Positions 1-8,904 are shown, counted from the first letter of the stretch. The stretch is DNA of 64,000 bases from an uncultured virus (IMG/VR IMGVR_UViG_3300044608_000911) (IMGVR_UViG_3300044608_000911), one strand, 5' to 3'. Made by a program: numbers and translations. The notes: generated from the sequence alone by a model not told the origin.

Positions 1-72
1 AGCAACCCAATCACCAGTATAAGCAGAAGGGTAATAGTTGTCCCCAACAATCAAAAGATAAGGTTTAGTCAT
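1..72 (-). CDS. hypothetical protein, truncated at window edge (MTKPYLLIVGDNYYP...)
   Basis: ATG at 72 overlaps the stop of the upstream ORF; frame is open to the edge; read by hand. Confidence 0.5.
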   Translation of the reverse strand, partial: MTKPYLLIVGDNYYPSAYTGDWVA

Positions 73-245
73 CGGTCAAAGTATCCAGAAGGTTTGTAAT
101 CACTAATGTATTGAGTTTTTAGTTGAATATCAAATGGGTCAATATCAGGGTGTTTTTCTTTGATGAAGGTTTTACACTCATCACGGGTAGAAAAGGCACA
201 GAGAATGTTTCCATGATAAAGTGCGACTTCAATTGCTTCAATCAT
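69..245 (-). CDS. hypothetical protein, 58 aa (MIEAIEVALYHG...)
   Basis: Hand-translated; ATGA overlaps with both neighbours. Confidence 0.6.
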   Translation of the reverse strand: MIEAIEVALYHGNILCAFSTRDECKTFIKEKHPDIDPFDIQLKTQYISDYKPSGYFDR

Positions 246-496
246 TCTTCATCTTCCTCTTCATCACCCTCCCAGTCAATCTCAACAGTTTCAAACTGCT
301 CTACATTAGTGTAAGGCATAGGATTTGCGGGTCCTCCCATCTCATAATGGATTTTATCAAACAATTGTCCAAGCACTAAACTCTCAAATCCTTCTTGATC
401 TGGATAATCCTCCCAGTCCTCAAACATTTCAGTTGTGGGAGAAACTGTGAGAGTTCGGGTGTAAGTTACTGTGACAGCTTTGAGTTGGATTTTCAT
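242..496 (-). CDS. acidic hypothetical protein
   Basis: ORF track; ATGA-coupled chain of minus-strand ORFs. Confidence 0.7.
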   Translation of the reverse strand: MKIQLKAVTVTYTRTLTVSPTTEMFEDWEDYPDQEGFESLVLGQLFDKIHYEMGGPANPMPYTNVEQFETVEIDWEGDEEEDEE

Positions 497-771
497 TCGT
501 ACTTAGCCTCCACTTCTTTCACACGTTCCATAAAACTATCCTCACCATGATCACCCGAATACAGATAATCAATATGCCTCATAATCTCTGCCATCTTACG
601 CATCTTGGTAACCTGCTCTAACAGATACTCACAAACTTCTGGTGAATATTCGTGAGCAAAACCATACTCATCTTGCTCAAAGTTGTTACATACTTCTGCT
701 TCAAGTTCATCAGCAAACTGTGCTACCTTGTAGTATTCGTAACCACAATCGTTAAAGTGTCCGCCGCTCAT
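493..771 (-). CDS. phage hypothetical protein (MSGGHF...DYLYSGD)
   Basis: ORF track; coupled; motif pattern typical of small phage proteins. Confidence 0.75.
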   Translation of the reverse strand: MSGGHFNDCGYEYYKVAQFADELEAEVCNNFEQDEYGFAHEYSPEVCEYLLEQVTKMRKMAEIMRHIDYLYSGDHGEDSFMERVKEVEAKYE

Positions 772-971
772 TCTTCTTCCTCCAGTTCATCATCTTCTAC
801 AGGAAACATAGCATTATACTCTTCATCAGTCAAGGAGAGCATCTGAACAAACGCTCCATTCTCTTCTGCCTCAAAGACTTCATCTTCATATACCATCAGG
901 TAATGGGCAAAATCTTCTGGGCTGGTGCTAGCAAATTCAAGCACACCATCAATAATACAAACGTAGTTCAT
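768..971 (-). CDS. acidic hypothetical protein
   Basis: ORF track; coupled. Confidence 0.7.
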   Translation of the reverse strand: MNYVCIIDGVLEFASTSPEDFAHYLMVYEDEVFEAEENGAFVQMLSLTDEEYNAMFPVEDDELEEEE

Positions 972-1318
972 TTGGTTTCCTTTAGTTCCTCAACAAGATT
1001 AGCAAGTTGTCCAACAGTCGCCCAAGTCCAGATCTTGGGATCTCTCTTTACAGCGATGGTGCGCCCATCTTCAGCATCGTCATACCACAGTTTGTCACAC
1101 CATTCTTCATGAAGATCATAGCTCAGATACTCAAGGTCTTCAAGAAGATCAAAGATGTGATCAGCAATAAACTCATGCTCAATCTTGTTCTTTACTGTTT
1201 CATACAGTTCAAACTGTTTCTCAACACTCAGATTTTCAATACCATCCAGAGGAGTGTAGTTCTGTACAGCAAAGTACAGATACTCCAGTTCTTCTTTGGT
1301 GAATTCAAGACGGATCAT
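968..1318 (-). CDS. hypothetical protein
   Basis: ORF track; coupled. Confidence 0.7.
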   Translation of the reverse strand: MIRLEFTKEELEYLYFAVQNYTPLDGIENLSVEKQFELYETVKNKIEHEFIADHIFDLLEDLEYLSYDLHEEWCDKLWYDDAEDGRTIAVKRDPKIWTWATVGQLANLVEELKETK

Positions 1319-1515
1319 TTACGCACCTCGTTGATGATAGCAACCAGAAGGATAATAGCAAGAATAGCAAGAACAATCAAAAGACTGATCCAAATGGGAG
1401 ACAGAACCCACACCCACGGCCAAGTAATCTGACCAGTCAGTTTGAGAGCAATAAACAGAATGGTCAGCCAACCCGTGAAACCCATACCAGAGCGAGTAGA
1501 AGTGTTGTTAGACAT
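1315..1515 (-). CDS. small two-TM phage membrane protein
   Basis: GFTGWLTILFIALKLTGQITWPWVWVLSPIW hydrophobic motif; start moved to ATG 1515, downstream of the TATAAT at 1537-1542. Confidence 0.75.
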   Translation of the reverse strand: MSNNTSTRSGMGFTGWLTILFIALKLTGQITWPWVWVLSPIWISLLIVLAILAIILLVAIINEVRK

Positions 1516-1536
1516 GGTTGTTTCGTTGATGTAGTT

Positions 1537-1594
1537 ATTATAGGGCAAAGCACAGAGCCCGTGACGGACCCTGTGCCAGTTGTCAAAGTGTCAC
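1537..1594 (-). promoter_or_regulatory. early-type promoter: 22-bp palindrome plus -10 TATAAT
   Basis: GTGCCAGTT-N4-AAGTGTCAC at 1573-1594, 30 nt from TATAAT (1537-1542). Confidence 0.7.
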
Positions 1595-2007
1595 TTGTTC
1601 ATTTGTAAAGTCGGGACAGGCATACCACCCTCGGTAGGAACATAGATCGTAACGTTACCATTCTTACTACCATCTTCCAGACCAGTAATATACAGATACT
1701 GGAGATACTCACGGTTATCTTTCAACGAGTTACCGATGATCTGGTTTGCTTTGGCAACACCTTGAGCACGGATCACTTCAGCATCAGCAAGCTGTTGGGC
1801 ACTATCTTTCTTTGCTTGTGCCTCAAGAACTGCCACCTGTCGGGTATATTCTGCCTTCTGAAGTTCTGCTTTACCTTGAAGTGATTGTGCCCACACATTA
1901 TACAGCGGACCAACCACAGCGTTGATAACTAGCAGTGAGAGAAGAAACGAAACACCAATAATGGTGGCATTACGCATCGTGTTGTCGGGTTTAGTTCGGT
2001 CGTTCAT
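1591..2007 (-). CDS. membrane-anchored protein resembling the SPFH/band-7 C-terminal coiled coil
   Basis: N-terminal TM helix, then Ala/Glu/Gln coiled coil (AQGVAKANQIIGNSL...YLQYLYI). Confidence 0.65.
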   Translation of the reverse strand: MNDRTKPDNTMRNATIIGVSFLLSLLVINAVVGPLYNVWAQSLQGKAELQKAEYTRQVAVLEAQAKKDSAQQLADAEVIRAQGVAKANQIIGNSLKDNREYLQYLYITGLEDGSKNGNVTIYVPTEGGMPVPTLQMNK

Positions 2008-2207
2008 TCGTCAATCTCCATAATTTCAATAATAGATTTGATCTTTTGTAAATTTTCTAAGTGTTCTGCTACTGTATCCCACTCTTCAGATAACCAGTCT
2101 AAACTGTTATCTTCAAAGTTAGTTTCTTCACGTATCTGCCATGATAGATCTTCTAAATCTCCTTCACATTGCTGAATAAACTTATCAATGGTGTCAATGA
2201 GATCCAT
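2004..2207 (-). CDS. hypothetical protein
   Basis: ORF track; coupled. Confidence 0.7.
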   Translation of the reverse strand: MDLIDTIDKFIQQCEGDLEDLSWQIREETNFEDNSLDWLSEEWDTVAEHLENLQKIKSIIEIMEIDE

Positions 2208-2521
2208 TATTCTTGTGGGGTTTGATTAGGAACTGGGGGAGGTGGTGGCGTCACTGAAGGTAGTATAGCAGGTTTGGGTGCCGTCTGGGGTGCTACAGAC
2301 ACTTGTGGAAGTGGCACAGGAGCAGGGGGATTAACGTTTGTTGCCTGCTTTTCTAATGTAGAAATCTTTTCTTGTAGCTCAGTGATATGTTGTTCGTATG
2401 TTTGATTTACTTCTTCTGCTGGTTTTGTTTGATTTTCGTTTGCCAGTTTCCATCCAGCAGCACCAGCACCAAAGATACTGGCGAGCGCAGCAACAACAGA
2501 AATGGTCTTAGTAAAACTCAT
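2207..2521 (-). CDS. membrane/secreted protein with coiled coil and Pro-rich tail
   Basis: Hydrophobic N-terminus; PPPPP-rich C-terminus. Confidence 0.7.
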   Translation of the reverse strand: MSFTKTISVVAALASIFGAGAAGWKLANENQTKPAEEVNQTYEQHITELQEKISTLEKQATNVNPPAPVPLPQVSVAPQTAPKPAILPSVTPPPPPVPNQTPQE

Positions 2522-2694
2522 TCGCCCTCCTCAAAGTCAAAGTATTCGTAGATTGAAGACATTACATGCTCTTCAAGCGATTCAAGGATAGCACCTTCAC
2601 TCGGGCTATCATTGTGTTTAAAAGCACGATGATAACCACGACGCACACCTTCTTCGATTGCCATTTCTAAGATAACACGGGTTTTAGGTTTCAT
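2518..2694 (-). CDS. hypothetical protein, 58 aa (MKPKTRVILEMAIEEG...)
   Basis: Hand-translated; fills the gap with ATGA overlaps. Confidence 0.65.
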   Translation of the reverse strand: MKPKTRVILEMAIEEGVRRGYHRAFKHNDSPSEGAILESLEEHVMSSIYEYFDFEEGE

Positions 2695-2828
2695 TCTTCA
2701 TCCTCCACAACTGCCCAACGATTTAGTGCCTCACGGATAGTTTTCCTAACTTCAGGATAAAGATTGTAATACCCTCCAATCTCATCCCAAAGTTCATCAA
2801 TTTGTTTATCAGTGGGAATGTTAGTCAC
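2691..2828 (-). CDS. hypothetical protein, 45 aa (GTG start)
   Basis: Hand-translated; GTGA/ATGA overlaps at both ends. Confidence 0.5.
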   Translation of the reverse strand: MTNIPTDKQIDELWDEIGGYYNLYPEVRKTIREALNRWAVVEDEE

Positions 2829-3061
2829 AAGATTACATCCTTGATTTCAGTGATAACTTCCCAGTGTGCGTCAGCTTTATCACCGAAGCGATTGCTACCA
2901 GTGCGAGTGCTGACCCAGAAGAAGTATTTGCGGTTTTCGGAAGCAAGAAACAACTCACTGCCAGTATCCTGCTCTACAATACAAACAGGATTATTATCCA
3001 TGGTATTAGCTAGACGGTTCTTCGCCTTGCTGCTTTTGGGTTTGACTACTACCTTTCGCAT
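2825..3061 (-). CDS. hypothetical protein
   Basis: ORF track. Confidence 0.7.
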   Translation of the reverse strand: MRKVVVKPKSSKAKNRLANTMDNNPVCIVEQDTGSELFLASENRKYFFWVSTRTGSNRFGDKADAHWEVITEIKDVIL

Positions 3062-3281
3062 TTCTAAGTTCCAGTTTAAGTTTGCGGATACCAGTAATGA
3101 AATAAGCGAAGTCTCGTGTTTCAGTCACACGAGTTTCTTCACCACACACGCCACATGTACCATTCCAAACAGATGAACAACCTACAGAATACACACCATA
3201 CTTTTGACCACATTCCATACAGGTTGTGCCTGCTTGTTCAAGTTTCTTCAGTAGTGCTCGTTTTTCTCGGATAGTAGTCAT
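3006..3281 (-). CDS. small zinc-finger-like protein
   Basis: CMEC and CGVC motif pairs. Confidence 0.65.
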   Translation of the reverse strand: MTTIREKRALLKKLEQAGTTCMECGQKYGVYSVGCSSVWNGTCGVCGEETRVTETRDFAYFITGIRKLKLELRNAKGSSQTQKQQGEEPSS

Positions 3282-3429
3282 CGGGGAACTTTTTGTCTAT
3301 GAGGTAATCATACAGCAACTGGGCGAACCCGTAATGGGGTCGTATGCCAGTTTCTAAACTGCCACTCGTTGCCACCATCCACATCATATCGAGGCGTTTA
3401 TTATCAGGTATCGGTTTCGGGTTCTCCAT
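3238..3429 (-). CDS. hypothetical protein
   Basis: ORF track; start approximate. Confidence 0.55.
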   Translation of the reverse strand: MENPKPIPDNKRLDMMWMVATSGSLETGIRPHYGFAQLLYDYLIDKKFPDDYYPRKTSTTEET

Positions 3430-3793
3430 CATGATCTTCTAACTCCAATTCATTTTTTAGATTTTCCATGACTTCATCCATGGAATAAGTTTCTACTTTA
3501 CCTAGCTCAATGTCCTCACACATCTGCATCAGGTATTCAAGAAACTCTTTGGGATACACATCATCCTCGTTGAGTGATGCCCAGAACCATTCAGAACACT
3601 CTGCTTCTGGATCTTCTACTGTTCTTGGCAGAGCATAACTGTCATAGTTGGATGTCATCAAATCAGCCCAGATACGAAATGTCATTCGCATACTCTGCCA
3701 TCCTGTCATCCAACAGTGTCCAATCCAATACTCCCACCAATTCATAGTGGTTTTTTTATTTGCTGTTCCTCTGATTGGTGTGCTGTATGCCAT
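3404..3793 (-). CDS. Trp-rich hypothetical protein
   Basis: ORF track 3404..3829; start placed at ATG 3793, coupled to the upstream stop. Confidence 0.65.
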   Translation of the reverse strand: MAYSTPIRGTANKKTTMNWWEYWIGHCWMTGWQSMRMTFRIWADLMTSNYDSYALPRTVEDPEAECSEWFWASLNEDDVYPKEFLEYLMQMCEDIELGKVETYSMDEVMENLKNELELEDHDGEPETDT

Positions 3794-4092
3794 TATCGTG
3801 ATGTCCCAGGTAGGCTTTCCATCTTCCATGTGTAGGTGAGAAAGTCAAGATCAAGTCCAAACTTATACACCCAGAATATAAAACCCACCACACCACTACT
3901 ACCAAATGTGAGTTGAATGTATGGCCAACTGGGATAGTCATTCCAAGAGAATGACCACTGTAGAAGTGATCGCCTCTTGAGAGGTACAGGAAAGTGCTTA
4001 TTAAAATTCAGCAGTTGGAAGTACCATGTACCACCAAAATCTTCTGCGTATGTAAATCTAAACAGGTTTAGTCTTGCGCGTGAATAACTCAT
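3793..4092 (-). CDS. hypothetical protein
   Basis: ORF track. Confidence 0.6.
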   Translation of the reverse strand: MSYSRARLNLFRFTYAEDFGGTWYFQLLNFNKHFPVPLKRRSLLQWSFSWNDYPSWPYIQLTFGSSGVVGFIFWVYKFGLDLDFLTYTWKMESLPGTSR

Positions 4093-4465
4093 AGTCCATT
4101 AACCTACCATATTTGAAATGTATTTTAGCACGGGGCCAGTCTTCCCACGCGCCACCCCATGTTGATGTGTAGACTTCAACATATTTGGTAATGGGATGTA
4201 ATCGGATTACACCATGCTTACCGTTTGGCACCCACTCAAAGTTCAACCATGCTCGCTCTTCATTATACTCTGGATCGCCAGGATTATATATTTTAAGATC
4301 CTGAGTGTGGGAATAATCAATTACATACAAATAACCAGCAGGATCTAACCAGTATTGGGTCATGGTGCCACCAATACCTTCCTCGATGTCTTTAGTCTGA
4401 CACTCTACATTTGTGAGTTTTGGTCCTAGATCAAATGATGATCTGAAGTAATCGAACATGCCCAT
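4058..4465 (-). CDS. phage hypothetical protein (MGMFDY...QTKD)
   Basis: ORF track; N-terminal MGMFD motif common in phage proteins. Confidence 0.75.
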   Translation of the reverse strand: MGMFDYFRSSFDLGPKLTNVECQTKDIEEGIGGTMTQYWLDPAGYLYVIDYSHTQDLKIYNPGDPEYNEERAWLNFEWVPNGKHGVIRLHPITKYVEVYTSTWGGAWEDWPRAKIHFKYGRLMDYELFTRKTKPV

Positions 4466-4474
4466 GATAGTTAC

Positions 4475-4696
4475 TCAGCGTGATGTGACACAAGTTACAC
4501 TAATGGCAGTATCTTTGGTTGCTTCTGCCATCTCACGATATCCAAGTCCAACATACAATTGTCCAGCACATACAGCTGCTGCCATGATGCCCCAGAACAC
4601 ATAGTACCATCTGGACTTTACTTGCTGAATTGTTTGACGAAAGGGGCGCTCGTGGATGGTCTGCCCCTTGTCGGGGCTCTCAAACACAGTTTTCAT
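4475..4696 (-). CDS. single-TM hypothetical protein
   Basis: VFESPDKGQTI motif followed by a TM segment. Confidence 0.65.
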   Translation of the reverse strand: MKTVFESPDKGQTIHERPFRQTIQQVKSRWYYVFWGIMAAAVCAGQLYVGLGYREMAEATKDTAISVTCVTSR

Positions 4697-4895
4697 CGTC
4701 TTCTACCTTACGGAGTACAATATGGTCATCTTCAATAATCCATTCAAGCAAATCATCTTCTTCCCATCCAAGTTCATCGAAGAAATCCTCGGGAATGGGC
4801 ATCAGCAGATCACCATTCTCGTCTTCATCGAGAGTAACAGTATAGTCGGTAGTCTGGTTTGTATCGTTCGATGTATTTTTTAGCATGGTTTTCAC
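4680..4895 (-). CDS. AbrB/MazE/SpoVT-like small DNA-binding protein
   Basis: DENGDLLMPIPEDFFDELGWEEDDLLEW fits the swapped-hairpin family pattern. Confidence 0.6.
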   Translation of the reverse strand: MKTMLKNTSNDTNQTTDYTVTLDEDENGDLLMPIPEDFFDELGWEEDDLLEWIIEDDHIVLRKVEDDENCV

Positions 4896-5235
4896 ATTGG
4901 AAATAACAGGTTTTCTTTTCGCTTTGGTCTTCTAACCGATATGGGAATGTATCCACATATGGGAACAATGAAAGATCAGAAGAATAAACGAGGGAGGCGG
5001 GGGTCTTCTTCGTCTTTGCGGACGAAACCTTGGGTGCGGTTGATTTCTTGCTCTTTTTCGACTGCGGACTTGATGGCGTCTTCGATTTTGACTTGCTCGT
5101 TGTCAGGGTCGTCAGATTGTCTGAGAGCTTCTTCGCAGTGCGAGCGGAGACACTCGATGAAGTCTTCTTCTGTCCAGTCGTTGAGGACTTTTTCTTGGGG
5201 GTCGTTTTGGTCCCAGTCAATTGTGAACGTGCCAT
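4825..5235 (-). CDS. hypothetical protein with K/S/T-rich N-terminus, overlapping 4976..5263
   Basis: Globular-looking C-terminus (FPYRLED..KTCYFQC..H..KY); start uncertain. Confidence 0.5.
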   Translation of the reverse strand: MARSQLTGTKTTPKKKSSTTGQKKTSSSVSARTAKKLSDNLTTLTTSKSKSKTPSSPQSKKSKKSTAPKVSSAKTKKTPASLVYSSDLSLFPYVDTFPYRLEDQSEKKTCYFQCENHAKKYIERYKPDYRLYCYSR

Positions 5236-5263
5236 CAGAGTTTTCAGTTACTGAGATTGTCAT
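4976..5263 (-). CDS. acidic hypothetical protein
   Basis: ENSDGTFTIDWD motif; ORF track. Confidence 0.7.
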   Translation of the reverse strand: MTISVTENSDGTFTIDWDQNDPQEKVLNDWTEEDFIECLRSHCEEALRQSDDPDNEQVKIEDAIKSAVEKEQEINRTQGFVRKDEEDPRLPRLFF

Positions 5264-5579
5264 TTGCTTCTTCCAATGCTTCTTTAATTGCTGCCTTTAG
5301 ATCACGATGGGGAATGAATACTTCATCAATCTCATCTTTGTATTCTGGTTTTTCATGCTTGAACATGGTGGATGTTTGAAAAACAAGAGAGCGTGTGATG
5401 TCATTCATGACTTCAAAACATGACCCAGGCAAATTAGAATAGTTGCCATTACCTTTACCATACAGCTCCTCTCTCACTTTGTCAAGCATATATTTGTATG
5501 TGGAGAGATTATCATCAAAGATGCTGTAATACAGAGTTTCATCTTCAGATGATTTAAATTTAGGAAAGTCCATTATCAT
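5244..5579 (-). CDS. hypothetical protein
   Basis: ORF track 5244..5651; likely starts at MIMDFP. Confidence 0.6.
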   Translation of the reverse strand: MIMDFPKFKSSEDETLYYSIFDDNLSTYKYMLDKVREELYGKGNGNYSNLPGSCFEVMNDITRSLVFQTSTMFKHEKPEYKDEIDEVFIPHRDLKAAIKEALEEANDNLSN

Positions 5580-5713
5580 CAGGGTTTTTGGGGTTTTTAA
5601 ATGTGCCGTAGTTGTATGTGTAATACAGGAAGTTGTTGATACTACGGTCAATACCTAAGCTTTCTTTGACTGCCAACCAACTCTCATACTCTAGTTGAAG
5701 ATCTGGTCCCAAC

Positions 5714-5896
5714 TCAATCGTTACTTCCATTTTCCTCTCGTTTCTTTTTGATTTGAAAGAGCAGATCTTCTGCTAGGGCATGATTGTCAGTATTATATGC
5801 CATAATATAATCTAGAATTAGAGACCTGAGTTCAGGATCTAATGGATTGGTAGAGTTCTCCAAGTTCATCTGCGTCAAAGAATAATGTAACTTCAT
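5714..5896 (-). CDS. hypothetical protein
   Basis: ORF track; start uncertain. Confidence 0.5.
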   Translation of the reverse strand: MKLHYSLTQMNLENSTNPLDPELRSLILDYIMAYNTDNHALAEDLLFQIKKKREENGSND

Positions 5897-6056
5897 TATC
5901 TAGTTGCTCAGGATCCAACCACTCAAAGAACTCGTCAGCAAATGCCAACGCATTCTCCACTTGTTCTTCAGCAATCAGTTGTTTGAAACGGTCACATGCC
6001 CAATCGTAAATGTCATCACGATACTGGGAGATCCGCAGGCAATCTTCGTTGTTCAT
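5832..6056 (-). CDS. hypothetical protein
   Basis: ORF track; coupled. Confidence 0.7.
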   Translation of the reverse strand: MNNEDCLRISQYRDDIYDWACDRFKQLIAEEQVENALAFADEFFEWLDPEQLDNEVTLFFDADELGELYQSIRS

Positions 6057-6307
6057 TTCTTGAAAAGAGTAAGTTTGTTCTGGAGGTGGTCGTAAGATCT
6101 GAATTCTACATCATGTGGTAGCGATCTGGCAAGGGCAGCAGCGAACTCATTAGGAAATCTACTGAATACACGCCAGTATTTGGCATTCTCCTCATATGTC
6201 AGATCTTGACGAGGAGAGACGCTGATACTATACTCACCCATCGTATAACGATTGGGGAATGGTTCTACAAGCGTCTGGATGTATTCAACCAGCGGATTGT
6301 ATTTCAT
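6053..6307 (-). CDS. hypothetical protein
   Basis: ORF track; coupled. Confidence 0.7.
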   Translation of the reverse strand: MKYNPLVEYIQTLVEPFPNRYTMGEYSISVSPRQDLTYEENAKYWRVFSRFPNEFAAALARSLPHDVEFRSYDHLQNKLTLFKK

Positions 6308-6531
6308 TTGATAAAGACCTCCAAGTGTTCTTCTGACAGTTTAGCAATCTCTTGAAGATGATAAGCTACGTGAGCAATATACTCACGCTCTTCGTCATCT
6401 AGATGATCCCACGCAATATCGTATGATCCATCCCAATCAACGTTGCCATCTTCAAGCACAGGAGCACCGTAAATGGCATCTTGGGGATGATCAATAGCGT
6501 AGGCGTTGCCGTTAGTAACGATGTAATGCAT
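6304..6531 (-). CDS. hypothetical protein
   Basis: Start moved to ATG 6531 because the promoter at 6554-6582 overlaps the longer ORF call. Confidence 0.65.
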   Translation of the reverse strand: MHYIVTNGNAYAIDHPQDAIYGAPVLEDGNVDWDGSYDIAWDHLDDEEREYIAHVAYHLQEIAKLSEEHLEVFIK

Positions 6532-6553
6532 GGTAAAGACGAACTCTGTAAGT

Positions 6554-6582
6554 AATTTAGCAGGGCGAACGCGGAATGTCAA
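6554..6582 (-). promoter_or_regulatory. sigma70-type promoter
   Basis: TTGACA-N17-TAAATT. Confidence 0.6.
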
Positions 6583-6585
6583 GCA

Positions 6586-6939
6586 TCACCGCATGTACAG
6601 GTAACCGCCTGCCCAATCACACTTCTCAAGCATCTCTTCACGCTCGTTGATCACAAGCAGATTGTAGCGCACACCTTTAGCAGGAGCTTTCAGACTGGCA
6701 GGTTTGTACACATAACCGTTGGTCTTGTCAATGAAAGCATGGATGCTATCACGACGACCGTTGATGGTCATGAAGATTTTGTGATACTTACGACCAGAAC
6801 TATCCAGTTCATAACCGTAACCATCGGGAGCAACTTGCTGGAGAGCATCACACAGCATCAAGCAATACTTGACGATGTTAAGTTGAATAGTGTTACGAGC
6901 GGTTTGCTCGGAAGCGAACTGGGCGAAGGTGGTGGTCAT
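6586..6939 (-). CDS. conserved T4-like early hypothetical protein
   Basis: GRKYHKI...HAFIDK..G.VYKPAS.KAPAKGVRYNL motif; downstream of a palindrome promoter. Confidence 0.8.
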   Translation of the reverse strand: MTTTFAQFASEQTARNTIQLNIVKYCLMLCDALQQVAPDGYGYELDSSGRKYHKIFMTINGRRDSIHAFIDKTNGYVYKPASLKAPAKGVRYNLLVINEREEMLEKCDWAGGYLYMR

Positions 6940-6965
6940 GGGTGGTGTCCTTTGCTGATGTAATC

Positions 6966-7023
6966 AGTATAGGGTGGATCAGAGCAGTTCCAGGGCTTCG
7001 GGTGACAGTTCTTCAACTGGCAC
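6966..7023 (-). promoter_or_regulatory. early-type promoter: palindrome plus -10 TATACT
   Basis: GTGACAGTT-N4-AACTGGCAC at 7002-7023, 30 nt from the -10. Confidence 0.7.
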
Positions 7024-7110
7024 ATCGCTGTCCCAGTCATGCTCAGAAAGGTCTAGATCATAACTATCCAGTTGATCCAGAATGTAACGGTCAAGCAAAA
7101 CTTCTTCCAT
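6979..7110 (-). CDS. acidic peptide, 43 aa
   Basis: Hand-translated MEEVLLDRYILDQLD... Confidence 0.5.
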   Translation of the reverse strand: MEEVLLDRYILDQLDSYDLDLSEHDWDSDVPVEELSPEALELL

Positions 7111-7112
7111 AA

Positions 7113-7418
7113 TTAACCAATAATACGATAACAAACAGTAGCGTTACCCTTGCGGGTGGATTGAATGTGCGCGAACGCAGCGTATGATAAATCTAGGTCG
7201 GCATGAGAGTAAGGTCCACGGTCATTAACACGAACAATAACCTGCTTGCCGTTGTCTTGATTAGTTACCCTAATTTTGCTGCCCATAGGCAAATGAGGAT
7301 GAGCTGCAGTCCAACGATAAGCATCAAACCGTTCTCCATTAGCGGTTTTTTGTCCATGGAAACCATCGCCAACACCGTAATATGTAGCGATGCCACACAT
7401 CAAAGCGGCAATAATCAT
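7113..7418 (-). CDS. rlpA: RlpA-like (double-psi beta-barrel) lytic transglycosylase
   Basis: TANGERFD...TAAH..LP.GS...V.VNDRGP...DLS motifs. Confidence 0.9.
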   Translation of the reverse strand: MIIAALMCGIATYYGVGDGFHGQKTANGERFDAYRWTAAHPHLPMGSKIRVTNQDNGKQVIVRVNDRGPYSHADLDLSYAAFAHIQSTRKGNATVCYRIIG

Positions 7419-7570
7419 TTTTTCTTAGCGTAGATACAGTCAGGATGCCCGACAGGCATAGTAGCACACGCTCTATCGTATGCTTCAAACATCTTCTGAT
7501 CTCGTTTGATCAGCATACCATTCCACATCAGAATGGCAATAACAAGAAAGAACCAGTGATAAGTTTTCAT
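7415..7570 (-). CDS. small membrane protein, 51 aa
   Basis: Hand-translated MKTYHWFFLVIAILMWNGMLIKRD...; ATGA coupling. Confidence 0.6.
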   Translation of the reverse strand: MKTYHWFFLVIAILMWNGMLIKRDQKMFEAYDRACATMPVGHPDCIYAKKK

Positions 7571-7770
7571 TTGATGTTACCTTCAGCAATCTGGTTGACA
7601 ACGTTGCGAGCAGATTTCATGAATTGAAACGGAGTGTAGAGACCCATATCAACATAATCAAGAACATCAGAACCGTTGTAGGTGTTGACGATCAACAGAC
7701 AAGCATCGTACAAAGCAGCAAGATGTTCTTCCTTGGAGTTAAATTGGAGAGCGTTGTAGGAAGGAAGCAT
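7567..7770 (-). CDS. hypothetical protein
   Basis: ORF track; downstream of a promoter. Confidence 0.7.
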   Translation of the reverse strand: MLPSYNALQFNSKEEHLAALYDACLLIVNTYNGSDVLDYVDMGLYTPFQFMKSARNVVNQIAEGNIK

Positions 7771-7792
7771 TGGTTTGATTGATTACTTTGTA

Positions 7793-7850
7793 AGTATAGG
7801 GTCAATCCAGCTCGGACAGGGCACTCTGTAGACAGTTCCACAACTGGCAC
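7793..7850 (-). promoter_or_regulatory. early-type promoter: palindrome plus -10 TATACT
   Basis: TAGACAGTT-N4-AACTGGCAC at 7829-7850, 30 nt from the -10. Confidence 0.65.
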
Positions 7851-7996
7851 TGTACAGCGATGTCATCCACGCCATGGTGCTTTGCTGTGCTGCGAGCATC
7901 ACGGGCATCGTGACCCCACATCAGGTCAATCAGAAACTTGATCTGCTGGGTGTCTAGGGTCACGTTGGTGACCACAGAGGGGCAAGGATAGGTCAT
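7802..7996 (-). CDS. hypothetical protein
   Basis: ORF track. Confidence 0.55.
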   Translation of the reverse strand: MTYPCPSVVTNVTLDTQQIKFLIDLMWGHDARDARSTAKHHGVDDIAVQCQLWNCLQSALSELD

Positions 7997-8001
7997 AGGG
8001 G

Positions 8002-8904
8002 TTAGAGGGGGGTTACAGGCGCTCCTAGAGGGATCTCAGAGCATTCGGATGCTACTCGGTCATGAGCGATTTGGCAATAGTGCTGGTCAAGGTCAACACC
8101 AACGAACTGGCGCCCCAGGCGCACAGCAGCAACACCAGTGCTGCCAGAACCACAGAACGGGTCAAGCACCGTGGAATTGACAGGAGAATAGATCTTGATA
8201 AGATATTCCATCAAACTCAGTGGTTTGACTGTAGGATGGTCGTTGCCTTCACCTTTCTCTTTGCGTGTGGCACGAGGAGCATAGAAATACTTTTGGTGCT
8301 CTGGTTCTACCTCACCAATGATATTAGATGGATAACGACCAGCTGGATTAGCATCTACTGTACCACACTCAGCACCAGAACCTTTGGTGTTACCATCACG
8401 ACCAAATGTACGGCGACTGGCACCACCTTTTACCCAACCAGTGGGAGGTTTCTTATCCCATGGCACACGGGTATTCTCAACATCAATGAGACCACATCCC
8501 CACTGCTCAAAGTTATCTTTGAGAGTGCCAGAATAAGGTTTCTGTGCTACAACGATCGGTTCATGTGCTGGTTTCAACCGATTATGCTTGGGCATCTTCG
8601 TGGTAGTCATCCACATAATCTGATCTTTGATTGTAAAACCAGCATCTTCAACATTACATGCCAGACGGTGATACAATTCAGGTGAACAGAAAGCTAGGCA
8701 AAAAGCACCAGGACGAAGTGTACGAAACACCTCTTGCCAAATGTCTACACTGGGCACAGAATGATCCCAGTGATCCATACCCATGCCATAGGGAGGATCA
8801 GTGATACATGAGTGAAATGAATTCTCATCATAGGTAGAGAGAATTTCCTGGCAATTACCAGTCAAAATTGAGAACTCGTTGTTCACAGTAGGCACGTTGT
8901 TCAT
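8002..8904 (-). CDS. beta-class N6A/N4C DNA methyltransferase
   Basis: ITDPPY (motif IV) precedes HPTVKP and VLDPFCGSGSTG (motif I); start placed at ATG 8904. Confidence 0.9.
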   Translation of the reverse strand: MNNVPTVNNEFSILTGNCQEILSTYDENSFHSCITDPPYGMGMDHWDHSVPSVDIWQEVFRTLRPGAFCLAFCSPELYHRLACNVEDAGFTIKDQIMWMTTTKMPKHNRLKPAHEPIVVAQKPYSGTLKDNFEQWGCGLIDVENTRVPWDKKPPTGWVKGGASRRTFGRDGNTKGSGAECGTVDANPAGRYPSNIIGEVEPEHQKYFYAPRATRKEKGEGNDHPTVKPLSLMEYLIKIYSPVNSTVLDPFCGSGSTGVAAVRLGRQFVGVDLDQHYCQIAHDRVASECSEIPLGAPVTPL

